Shown here piece after piece: positions 19,123-26,967 of a stretch of DNA of 64,000 bases. Position numbers and translations under genes: made by a program. This stretch comes from Anaerolineae bacterium (GTDB taxonomy: Bacteria; Chloroflexota; Anaerolineae; Aggregatilineales; Phototrophicaceae). Location: contig DAOULD010000136.1 of assembly GCA_034420635.1 (NCBI GenBank), positions 14,372-78,371 on the forward strand, given 5' to 3'. Below the pieces are notes generated by a model. The model saw nothing but the letters and a program-made list of their open reading frames with translations. It did not search any database and was not told the DNA's origin. Each line of letters opens with the position of its first letter. Positions within the stretch are counted from its first letter, which is position 1.

Positions 19123-19797
19123 ATGAATCCAGTCAAGCGTCTGCTGAGGCCGCTCTACGCGCCGCTCGTTCGCAAGTATCGCAATCGCGCGAAATTGAAA
19201 AACCAGCAAGGGCTTATCCGCGCGGGCATCAAAGAATGCACAGGAACCGGAAAGCCGCTCAAAGTCATCATTGGCGCGGGAGATACGCGTTACGAAAACT
19301 GGATCGCGACTGATATTCCCGCATTCCACGTTCTCAAACACGAGCATTGGGCGCTGCTTTTCCAGCCCGCGTCAATCGATAGAATGTTGGCTGAACATGT
19401 CTTTGAGCACTTGACAGTTGATGAGTTGAGCCAGTTTCTCCGTTTGGCGCGTCTCTACATGTCCAAGAGCGGGCGCATTCGACTGGCTGTGCCGGACGGA
19501 AACCATCCGGATGCAGAATACATTGAACATGTGCGCCCGGGCGGCATAGGCGAGGGGGCTGCCGATCACAAGGTGCTCTACACTAGCGAAAAGATCGCAA
19601 ATGTCTTGCGAGAGTGCGGCTACGAATTCCAACTCCTGGAATACTTTGACGCCTCGGGTGAATTTCACCGGGAGCCCTGGCATGCGGAGGACGGATTTAT
19701 CGGTCGATCGGCTGCGCATGACGAGCGAAATGTCGACGGCAAATTGATTTATACCAGCTTGATCGTCGACTGTTGGCCGCGTCAAACCGTCGAGTAG
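19123..19797 (+). CDS. Small SAM-dependent methyltransferase-like protein (COG4627-like)
   Basis: The ORF track gives 19012..19797, but its first 37 codons overlap paralog 8. ATG 19123 (MNPVKRLL) lies 10 nt after the paralog-8 stop. Motifs: VIIGAGDTRYENWIATDI (Gly-rich motif I-like) and MLAEHVFEHL (typical of Methyltransf_11/23-type proteins). Confidence 0.55.
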   Translation: MNPVKRLLRPLYAPLVRKYRNRAKLKNQQGLIRAGIKECTGTGKPLKVIIGAGDTRYENWIATDIPAFHVLKHEHWALLFQPASIDRMLAEHVFEHLTVDELSQFLRLARLYMSKSGRIRLAVPDGNHPDAEYIEHVRPGGIGEGAADHKVLYTSEKIANVLRECGYEFQLLEYFDASGEFHREPWHAEDGFIGRSAAHDERNVDGKLIYTSLIVDCWPRQTVE

Positions 19798-19813
19798 AGA
19801 TGAACCCCCGCCA

Positions 19814-21211
19814 TCAGATGTTGAGGAAGCGGCCTTGCAAACCGTGCGCCACCTCTTTTATCGCTTCGCTCAAGGTGGGGTGGGCGTGTACGTTGCGCGC
19901 GATCTCGGCCGCGGTCAATTCGGCAGAGCGAGCCAAAGTCAGTTCGGGCAGCAGTTCCGTAACATCGTGGCCGATCATATGGGCGCCAAGGATTTCGCCA
20001 TAGCGCTTGTCGCTGATCACCTTGACGAAGCCGCTGGCGTCACCCATGCCCCGCGCCTTGGCATTGGCTTGAAAGGGGAATTTGGCAACCGCCACTTCGT
20101 AACCGCGCGCTTTCGCCTGATCTTCGGTGTATCCAAAGCTGGCGACCTGCGGCTGACAATAGGTGGCGCGCGGCATCATATCGAAATCGAGGGCAACGGT
20201 TGCTGCGCCCGCGATATTCTCCGCAGCGACCACACCCATGGCCTCGGCTACGTGGGCGAGCATCAATTTGGCGGTGACATCACCGATGGCGTAAATGTGC
20301 GGGATATTGGTCCGCATCTCTTCGTTGATCTCTATGGCGCCCCCGGCGTCGAGCGAAACTCCTGTGTTTTCCAGCCCGTATCCGGTCGTGCGCGGCTGGA
20401 AACCAATCGCCTGAAGAACGCGTTCGGCACGGAGTTGTTCTTGCTCGCCATCGTCAGTTGATACGTCGACGGTGACGCCACTGGCGTCTTCAACGATGGC
20501 CTCGACCCGTGCGCCAGTCATGATTTTGATGCCCATCTTCGCGTAGATCTTGCCGAGTTCCTTGCTCACCTCGGGATCTTCTAGGGGCAGGATACGATCC
20601 AGGAATTCGACCATGGTGACTTCGACGCCATAGTTGCGCATGATATAGGCGAATTCGACGCCAATTGCGCCAGCGCCGGCGATAATCACGCTGCCCGGCA
20701 GATTGTCTTCCATAATCTGTTCTTCGTAGGTGACAACGCGCTCGCTCAACGCTGTGCCTGGGATCAGACGTGTTGTGGCGCCGGTGGCGATAATGAGGTG
20801 CTTGAAGTTGATCGTTTCTTCGGAGCCGTCATTCAGTGATACAGCCATATTGTTGGCGTCCACGAGCGTCGCCCAGCCTTCAAAGGTCGAAATCTTGTTC
20901 TTGCGCATCAGAAACTGCACACCTTTGGTCAAGCCGTTGGCGACACGGCGACTACGCTTAAAGGCTTTGGCGTAGTCCAGGCTGAAGTCGCCGCTGATGC
21001 CAAAGGTGTCGGCCTCATTGTTAAGGATATATGCCAGCTCGGCGTTATGCAGCAATGCTTTGGAAGGAATACAGCCGACATTCAGGCATATGCCGCCCCA
21101 GTATTTCTTCTCGACGATCGCGGTATTCAGCCCAAGTTGGCTGGCGCGGATAGCGGCGATGTAACCGCCGGGTCCGGCGCCCAGCACAACCAGATCAAAT
21201 TCCTTAGCCAT
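19814..21211 (-). CDS. lpdA: Dihydrolipoyl dehydrogenase (E3)
   Basis: 465 aa. N-terminal FAD motif [13 protein letters not shown], redox-active disulfide [19 protein letters not shown] motif [13 protein letters not shown], and C-terminal dimerisation HAHPTLSE. Confidence 0.92.
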   Translation of the reverse strand: MAKEFDLVVLGAGPGGYIAAIRASQLGLNTAIVEKKYWGGICLNVGCIPSKALLHNAELAYILNNEADTFGISGDFSLDYAKAFKRSRRVANGLTKGVQFLMRKNKISTFEGWATLVDANNMAVSLNDGSEETINFKHLIIATGATTRLIPGTALSERVVTYEEQIMEDNLPGSVIIAGAGAIGVEFAYIMRNYGVEVTMVEFLDRILPLEDPEVSKELGKIYAKMGIKIMTGARVEAIVEDASGVTVDVSTDDGEQEQLRAERVLQAIGFQPRTTGYGLENTGVSLDAGGAIEINEEMRTNIPHIYAIGDVTAKLMLAHVAEAMGVVAAENIAGAATVALDFDMMPRATYCQPQVASFGYTEDQAKARGYEVAVAKFPFQANAKARGMGDASGFVKVISDKRYGEILGAHMIGHDVTELLPELTLARSAELTAAEIARNVHAHPTLSEAIKEVAHGLQGRFLNI

Positions 21212-21300
21212 GGCGTTCTTGCTCCCGTTCGTTGATGAATGCGCAATTCGCCTAGTCTAGCGCAGGCGCGGCGCAAATTGAAGTGGGGCTGGCGCGAACC

Positions 21301-22052
21301 CCAGGGCAATCGCTGCAAATTGTTTCTTAGCGCCGAGTAGACCGAGGGTCGCGTAGACACTGACGGCCGACACTGACCGTCGGTCGCGTGGACACCCGCT
21401 AAGCCACCGGCACAGAGTTTTATATTAGCTAGCGAAGTTATCATGCAGTCAGCGGGCAGCCACTCCTAGAGAGTATTTGTTTTCGGTTTGTTTATTATCC
21501 GGCTTTGTCCGTTTCGGACAATAAAATATATTTTTCGGACAGTAGACGCGGTTTTCTGACCGAAACGGAGGAAAGGCAGGCGGCTGACGGTATGAATTTG
21601 GTTTGCCGGCGCGCCCGCCGCCATAAAGGTGGCTTCTGCTCCTGACATGCCCCTGACATGCCTCTGAACTGCCTCTAGCTGTCCCGCTAAATTCCGCAAG
21701 TGTATAGACACCGTATAGATACAGTCTGTTTTTTCGGGGGATACTTTTTAGAGTCTGGTGGTGGAGGGAGGAATAGGCGGATTGCATCGGCTGGGGACCG
21801 AGATTGAGAGCTTGCGATAATTGATCCATAGGGGGAGTGTATCATGATTCTGAGTAGAAATAAAGAACAAATGTTCAAGGTTTTTCGAGGTTGCCAAAAA
21901 TCGATTTCGGGCCTCTAGCAGGGTGGCGTTGGTCACGTAGATATTGATCTTCGACACAGCCCGCCGACATTGACCCTCAACACGCTCGGCGGCGAAATAG
22001 AGTTTGAATGTTATCTTCGCGGCAGATGTCAATTTTGATGCGATTGCCCTGG
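21301..22052. mobile_element. 752-bp non-autonomous (MITE-like) element or decayed IS, with no intact transposase ORF
   Basis: Perfect 13-bp terminal inverted repeats: CCAGGGCAATCGC at 21301-21313 and its reverse complement GCGATTGCCCTGG at 22040-22052. Weaker similarity continues about 12 bp inward. The ends are flanked directly by an 8-bp direct repeat CGCGAACC (21293-21300 and 22053-22060), consistent with a target-site duplication. Confidence 0.55.
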
Positions 22053-22159
22053 CGCGAACCCGATGTGCGGACTGCCCGGGTGTATTTCAATATTTTGGGA
22101 GGATGCTCCAGGAACTACAAAAGCGCATCGCCCTTTGGCGGGTTCTACGTACGGATTCA

Positions 22160-22223
22160 CCACAGAGGCACAGAGCGCACAGAGATTTTAAGAAAAAACT
22201 TCGTGTTCTTCGTGCCTTTGTGG
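22160..22223 (+). repeat. Long imperfect hairpin repeat (25-nt arms, 14-nt A-rich loop)
   Basis: 5' arm CCACAGAGGCACAGAGCGCACAGAG (22160-22184), 3' arm CTTCGTGTTCTTCGTGCCTTTGTGG (22199-22223). On the + strand this gives 18 Watson-Crick pairs, 4 G:U pairs and 3 mismatches. The G:U pairs become C-A mismatches on the other strand. Confidence 0.5.
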
Positions 22224-22349
22224 TTAATTTTGCTTTTGAACGGCAAAGCCATGTAATTTGCCAATAATCTGAAATGCACCCCTCTGCCTCACGCGCTGTT
22301 CATTGAGCAAGATTCCATGCTACAATAGCGTCAGGCGGAGGACAGAAGA

Positions 22350-22625
22350 ATGACCATCGACATCCCAGAAGACGTCGCCCTGCGTTTGGAACGGCTCGCG
22401 GAGCAGCGCGATACCAGCCCGGGCGAGTTGCTGCGCGACATGATTGAGCGCTATGCCAAAGATCAAACTGCGGATGACAAGCCCTGGGCGACATTGGCGG
22501 ACTTGGCGCGTCATGCGAAGCTAATGAACATGGCGTCGCCTGAACCGGTAAACACTGCCGAGCGCAGCCGCGAAATCTTGAATACAGAATACGCCGATTA
22601 TCTGAAGAGCCGCATTGATCCTTGA
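22350..22625 (+). CDS. vapB: Ribbon-helix-helix (CopG/VapB-type) antitoxin
   Basis: 91 aa. The N-terminal MTIDIPEDVALRLERLAEQRDTSPGELLRDMIERY fits an RHH fold pattern. Its stop overlaps the start of the downstream PIN gene (TTGA). Confidence 0.7.
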   Translation: MTIDIPEDVALRLERLAEQRDTSPGELLRDMIERYAKDQTADDKPWATLADLARHAKLMNMASPEPVNTAERSREILNTEYADYLKSRIDP

Positions 22626-23036
22626 CGCTCATCACCGATAGCAGCTTCTTAGTTGCGCTGTATGACAGCAGCGAAATACATCACGCGAAAGCAAACGATT
22701 TCTCAGCGAATCGGTCGGAGTCGATACTCGTGCCGGATCTTGTATTGCCGGAAGTAGGTTTCTTGCTCCGACGCAACTTGGGATATGCAAACAGCTTTAA
22801 TTTCTTTGATTTCTTCAACTATAGCTTTGTTAGACTTATACCTGCATTTGAGGAAGACTTGGCAAGGGTCTACGAGATTTCCCGTCAATATGACAGCGCC
22901 CAATTTGACATCGTGGACTAGCTGCATCATGGTCATCGCGGAGCGGCTGAACATCACGCGTATCGTGACCTTCGACCGGCGCGATTTCAGCGTGTTTCGT
23001 CCCAGTCACTGCGAGTATTTCGAACTGTTGCCTTGA
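22622..23036 (+). pseudogene. vapC: PIN-domain toxin VapC, disrupted by a +1 frameshift near 22919
   Basis: Frame 1 (22622..22921) encodes MTLITDSSFLVALYD...LVLPEV...QFDIVD then TAG. The canonical PIN C-terminus SCIMVIAERLNITRIVTFDRRDF continues in the +1 frame (ORF 22785..23036). Skipping the single base T22919 joins the two parts. Confidence 0.7.
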
Positions 23037-23188
23037 TCTATTAGTATCCCATTCCAAACCTAGCGCGTGCCTGCGAGTCGCAGCGGTCCAATGCCCCGCT
23101 CGGCGCTCTCGGTGTCCTCGGCGGTTAAGAAAAATCTGCTGCGATTGCTATAGTCGCGTCTGCGAAGGGCTTGTGGCTGGATGTGGAG

Positions 23189-23980
23189 TCAGGGCCCGGG
23201 ATGGCAAGCGCCCTGCAGCCTCTGACGCTTTGCCTCGAAGAGAATGACGGCCGCGGCGGAAGCAACATTGAGCGATTCGGCTTCATGCGACATGGGGACA
23301 GATACGCTTGATCGGGAAATCCGCCGCGCGTCCGAACTAATGCCGCGCGCTTCGTTGCCCACAACCAGCGCCCAGGGCGGACCCCAATCTACCTCGGTAT
23401 AGATCGCCTCTCCTCCAGCGTCCGCGCTGTACACTGCCAAGCCAGCGCAATAGGCGCGGATCTCGCGCCAATTCGCCTCGGCAACGGGCAGGCGAAAATG
23501 GACGCCCATACCGGCGCGCAAGACTTTGGAACTGTAAGGATCGACGCAACCCGGCGCTAAAATGGCGATGTCAACGCCCGCGGCAGCGGCGCTGCGCAAG
23601 ATTGTTCCCATATTGCCCGGCTCGCGGACCGTGTCCAGGATTAACACCCGCTCAGCTTGAATCGGCATTGGCGGCTTGGGGATCTGGAAAATGACCAGGA
23701 TGCCCGGCGTCCGCTTTGTATCGCTGATGTGCGACAGGACGCCGTCGCTGACGGGGAGGAGCTCGCAATTGCGATTCTGCAAGGTAGCGATTAGCTCATA
23801 GTCGGCGGACTCCGGCGAATAAAGCGCGAGATCGGGCCTGCCGCCGCTATTCAAGGCGTCCTTGATCAATCGGTCGCCTTCGAGGATCAGTTTTTTTTCG
23901 CTGCGCCGCAGGCGTCCCTTGGTCTGCAAGGATTTGACGTATTTGACACGCTTGTTTTGTGTGCTGGTGATGATGTCCAT
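23189..23980 (-). CDS. TrmH/SpoU family RNA 2'-O-methyltransferase
   Basis: Motifs: LILDTVREPGNMGTILRSAAAAG, VVGNEARGIS, and SLNVASAAAVILFE (SpoU motifs). The ORF track starts at TTG 23995; ATG 23980 (MDIITSTQNKRV) is preferred because it clears the upstream terminator. Confidence 0.8.
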   Translation of the reverse strand: MDIITSTQNKRVKYVKSLQTKGRLRRSEKKLILEGDRLIKDALNSGGRPDLALYSPESADYELIATLQNRNCELLPVSDGVLSHISDTKRTPGILVIFQIPKPPMPIQAERVLILDTVREPGNMGTILRSAAAAGVDIAILAPGCVDPYSSKVLRAGMGVHFRLPVAEANWREIRAYCAGLAVYSADAGGEAIYTEVDWGPPWALVVGNEARGISSDARRISRSSVSVPMSHEAESLNVASAAAVILFEAKRQRLQGACHPGP

Positions 23981-23993
23981 GGTTGGCTTCGCC

Positions 23994-24026
23994 AATTAAA
24001 AAAGGGTCGCTATTGTGACCCTTTTC
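23994..24026 (-). terminator. Rho-independent terminator after rplT
   Basis: On the minus strand, stem AAAAGGGTC / GACCCTTTT (24017-24025 pairing with 24000-24008) has an 8-nt loop and is followed by TTAATT, giving a U-rich run. It lies 27 nt downstream of the rplT stop. Confidence 0.6.
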
Positions 24027-24052
24027 AATGTTACGGTCGATTGTAGCGGCTA

Positions 24053-24406
24053 TTACAGGCTTTGCTTCGCCACAGACACGACCTTGCTGAAGGTATCCGC
24101 ATCATGAACTGCCAAATGCGCCAGACTCTTGCGATCAAGCTCAACACCCGCCAGCTTCAAACCATGGATCAACTGGCTGTACTTCATGCCGTTCATACGA
24201 GCGGCTGCATTAATGCGTTGAATCCAAAGACGACGCAACTGGCGGCGGCGCTGTCGTCTGTCACGATAGGCATACCACAGGCTGCGCATCATGGCTTCGT
24301 TAGCGCGCTTGAATAGCTTGCTGCGCGTGCCCCATTGTCCTTTGGTGAGCTTGAGGACTTTTTTGTGTCGTCTGCGTCTGACGAATCCCGTTTTTGTTCT
24401 TGCCAT
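24053..24406 (-). CDS. rplT: 50S ribosomal protein L20
   Basis: 117 aa. [26 protein letters not shown]...[26 protein letters not shown] is canonical L20. Confidence 0.95.
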   Translation of the reverse strand: MARTKTGFVRRRRHKKVLKLTKGQWGTRSKLFKRANEAMMRSLWYAYRDRRQRRRQLRRLWIQRINAAARMNGMKYSQLIHGLKLAGVELDRKSLAHLAVHDADTFSKVVSVAKQSL

Positions 24407-24426
24407 GTTTCTTCTCCGTAGTTACA

Positions 24427-24454
24427 TCGTCCCGTGTATGAAAGGGCGGGACGA
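24427..24454 (-). promoter_or_regulatory. Intercistronic 8-bp hairpin between rpmI and rplT
   Basis: TCGTCCCG (24427-24434) pairs with CGGGACGA (24447-24454) around a 12-nt loop. On the mRNA it sits about 20 nt upstream of the rplT GGAG ribosome-binding site and start. Function is unproven. Confidence 0.3.
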
Positions 24455-24477
24455 CCGATTGGCGTAGTTCGGCGGTC

Positions 24478-24729
24478 CTAAGCCGGCGGATTCGCCTTGT
24501 ACTTGCCGAGATAGGGCGCCAGGCGCCGGATGCGGCGTCGCATTGCAACTTCACCGACCTCCATGCGTTTGTCCCACTGCCGCTTAACGCGCTTTGCCGA
24601 ACGTCGCCGAAGATGACTCTTGCCGCCCTTGGTACGGACGATCTTTCCTGTGCCGGTCATACGAAAGCGCTTGGCCGTTGCCTTGTGCGTTTTGAGTTTG
24701 TACTTTGTCGTCTTCTTCTTGCGTGGCAC
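24478..24729 (-). CDS. rpmI: 50S ribosomal protein L35
   Basis: 83 aa. KLKTHKATAKRFRMTGTGKIVRTKGGKSHL matches the L35 core (KTHxxAAKRF). It lies between infC and rplT, as in the conserved operon. Confidence 0.9.
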   Translation of the reverse strand: MPRKKKTTKYKLKTHKATAKRFRMTGTGKIVRTKGGKSHLRRRSAKRVKRQWDKRMEVGEVAMRRRIRRLAPYLGKYKANPPA

Positions 24730-24745
24730 TACTAACTCTCCAATT

Positions 24746-25279
24746 TCATTTGCTTTCCTTGTTTGGCGCCAAGATCATCAGCATGTCACGACCTTCCATA
24801 TTCGGGCGCTGTTCTACGACGCCAACTTCTTGCAAGGCTGCTTCGATTTTCGCCAGGCGATCGCGTCCGATGTGCTGATGTGTGATTTCTCTACCGCGAA
24901 ACCGTACACGGAACTTGACTTTTTTCCCTTCTTGCAGCCACTTTGTCGCACGTTTGATGTCGAATTGAAGGTGATATTCGTCCGTCTTTGGTCGCAGTTG
25001 TATCTCCTTGATCGTGACTTTAACCTGGTTCTTTTTGGACTTGCGTTCTTTACGGCGTTGCTCGTATTGAAACTTACCGTAATCCATTATGCGGCAAACC
25101 GGCGGCTGAGCCTTAGGCGCTACCTCGACCAGGTCTAGTCCTACATCGTCCGCGCGTTCCTGCGCATAACGAATGTTGACAACACCAATATTGGTATTGG
25201 TATCGTCAATAAGCCGGACTTCGCGTACGCCGCGAATATCTCGATTGATTCGATGTGGTGAACTCGCTATCTCGACCAT
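24746..25279 (-). CDS. infC: Translation initiation factor IF-3
   Basis: 177 aa. Motifs: INRDIRGVREVRLIDD, LDLVEVAPKAQPPVCRIMDYGKFQYE, KEIQLRPKTDEYHLQ. The longest ORF begins with ATG 25279. Confidence 0.92.
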   Translation of the reverse strand: MVEIASSPHRINRDIRGVREVRLIDDTNTNIGVVNIRYAQERADDVGLDLVEVAPKAQPPVCRIMDYGKFQYEQRRKERKSKKNQVKVTIKEIQLRPKTDEYHLQFDIKRATKWLQEGKKVKFRVRFRGREITHQHIGRDRLAKIEAALQEVGVVEQRPNMEGRDMLMILAPNKESK

Positions 25280-25337
25280 TCCCTTCGGTTAAATCGGTCA
25301 AACTAAAAAATGCGTAGCTCACTGAACTACGGGCGCG

Positions 25338-25368
25338 TAGTGTAACACAGGCGCGAATCGCTTGTCAA
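25338..25368 (-). promoter_or_regulatory. Candidate sigma-70-type promoter for infC-rpmI-rplT
   Basis: The minus strand reads TTGACA (25368-25363), an 18-nt spacer, then TACACT (25344-25339), about 60 nt upstream of the infC start. Confidence 0.35.
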
Positions 25369-25402
25369 TTATGAGTACTCGGCGAAGAATCGCGCAGGCA
25401 CG

Positions 25403-25726
25403 CTATTTGTCATAGCTCAACTGCAAGGCTTGAAAATGGGAAAGCGACGATTCATACATCTCTATGAGTTCTTCATCGCTGCCTTTGAATCGCCGCAAGG
25501 TCTGTTGCGCGCAGGCCGTGCAACCTCTCATCGCCCGATAACTGTCCGTTTCACAAGCGAGGCAACCATTGAGCTCGATCATAACAGACATCAAGGCGAT
25601 AACCTCAACACTGGTCTCATTTTTGCGGGACAATTTGTCTATGAGATTCATCCATTTGGGGCCGCGCGTGTGCCGAAGCGCCGGAATGGCATAGTGCGGG
25701 AATAAGATTTCGTTGTCGGCGTACAT
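25403..25726 (-). CDS. Hypothetical small Cys-rich protein (CxxC-x11-CxxC)
   Basis: The ORF track gives 25403..25762. An internal ATG at 25726 (MYADNEILFPHY) gives 107 aa. It contains NGCLACETDSYRAMRGCTACAQQ. I recognise no family. Confidence 0.4.
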   Translation of the reverse strand: MYADNEILFPHYAIPALRHTRGPKWMNLIDKLSRKNETSVEVIALMSVMIELNGCLACETDSYRAMRGCTACAQQTLRRFKGSDEELIEMYESSLSHFQALQLSYDK

Positions 25727-25857
25727 ATTTTCCGATCTAGCTCCTGAGCGGCAAACAGGCAACTCCGTACATCACACCATGATATGCGCTTTTGCGGTTG
25801 ATGGCAAACCCAACATTGATGATTCTAGGGCAGAATTGAGAGTCCGCAATGATTCGC

Positions 25858-26958
25858 TCATTTCAGACGTCGGTAATGACGCATTAAGTCCTGAAGTTGG
25901 TCATGCGGCAAGGCGCGCAAAGTGTTCCCGTCTCTGCCAACTGTGGTTTTCGCCGCAACCAGCGCGTTGTACACGGATTCTTCGACACACTCGACCACCG
26001 CGCGAAATAACTGATCGATCAACGTTCCCGCGAGGAAGGGCGCTTCTTCGTTAATCGCGCGGGCCTCGCTGACAAGTTCTGTGGCTCCATGTGCGCGGCG
26101 GTTACAAGTCGAGAAGGCGATAACGAAGTCGCCGCTGCCGCTGTGGCAGATGGTCCCGGTACGCCCGAGCCCGAATGCCGCGCGTTTTGCCATGCGCTCA
26201 AGTTGTCGGGCGTCGAGTGGCGCGTCGGTGGCGATGACGATCATCACCGATCCTGGCGGCGAATCAAAGTTATCTTCGGGGACGTGTTGCCCGACTGGCA
26301 CTCCCAGCATCTGTAATTCATGACGCTGGCCGAAGTTGGTCTGCAGCAGCGCGGCGACTGTATAGGCGCCGTCGATCACGAGGCGCGAGGCGGTGCCGAT
26401 TCCGCCTTTGAAGCCGTAGCAGAGTGTCCCGGCGCCCGCTCCTACGCAGCCTTCAGCTACGGGGCCTGTGCTGGCGCCGTCGATTGCGCGCAGCACGTCA
26501 GCTTGGCCGATATGCCGTCCTTGTCCATCGTTGAGGAAATTATCGTTGCATTCCCCAACAACCGGACTGACATTGCTTGTTGTGATCGCAATGTCGGGAT
26601 TCTCCCTGATCGAGTAGCTGACGACTGCGTCCCAGACCTTGCCCACATTGAGCGTATTGGTCAGGCAGATGGGCGTTTCAATGACGCCGAGATCGCGGAT
26701 CTGCTCGAACCCGGTTGCCTTGCCGTAGCCATTGATGGTGTAGACCGCGGCCGGCGTCTTCTCGCGAAAGACATTGCCGGAGTGGGGCAGAACGGCAGTG
26801 AGGCCGGTGCGGATCGGTCCCCGGCCCGGCGCTAGCTTTCCTTCGCCTTCATTTCTTGTGACATGCCCGACACGGAGGCCGGGGACGTCGGTAATTCCAT
26901 TGAGCGAGCCCGTAGGCAGGTGGTTTGCTATTGGAATAAGGTCGCGAAATCTTGTCAT
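25858..26958 (-). CDS. DmpA/S58 (P1) family aminopeptidase
   Basis: 366 aa. Motifs: NGITDVPGLRVGHVT, GPIRTGLTAVLP, and FKGGIGTASRLV (the self-processing Gly-Ser/Thr region of the DmpA/BapA family). Confidence 0.8.
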   Translation of the reverse strand: MTRFRDLIPIANHLPTGSLNGITDVPGLRVGHVTRNEGEGKLAPGRGPIRTGLTAVLPHSGNVFREKTPAAVYTINGYGKATGFEQIRDLGVIETPICLTNTLNVGKVWDAVVSYSIRENPDIAITTSNVSPVVGECNDNFLNDGQGRHIGQADVLRAIDGASTGPVAEGCVGAGAGTLCYGFKGGIGTASRLVIDGAYTVAALLQTNFGQRHELQMLGVPVGQHVPEDNFDSPPGSVMIVIATDAPLDARQLERMAKRAAFGLGRTGTICHSGSGDFVIAFSTCNRRAHGATELVSEARAINEEAPFLAGTLIDQLFRAVVECVEESVYNALVAAKTTVGRDGNTLRALPHDQLQDLMRHYRRLK

Positions 26959-26967
26959 AAGTCGCGA

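Noticed and set aside
21283-21300. tRNA-like T-arm impression (GGGGCTGGCGCGAACCCC), repeated at 22049-22061.
   Set aside because: There is no GTTCRANNC T-loop, no acceptor or anticodon arms, and no CCA context. The repeated part is better explained as the target-site duplication of the inserted element.
21557-21600. A stretch resembling SRP RNA domain IV: CUGACCGAAACGGAGGAAAGGCAGGCGGCUGACGG compared with the E. coli 4.5S GGUCCGGAAGGAAGCAGCCAAGGCAGAUGACG.
   Set aside because: Only the AAGGCAG and UGACG fragments match. The GNAR tetraloop closed by a C-G stem and the conserved AGCA symmetric-loop residues are absent, and the sequence lies inside a TIR-bounded insertion. An Infernal scan would settle it.
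21641-21673. Three tandem 11-mers, considered as a possible mini-CRISPR or other array.
   Set aside because: The units are far too short and directly abutting with no spacers, and no cas genes are nearby. They are kept only as a minor internal feature of the element.
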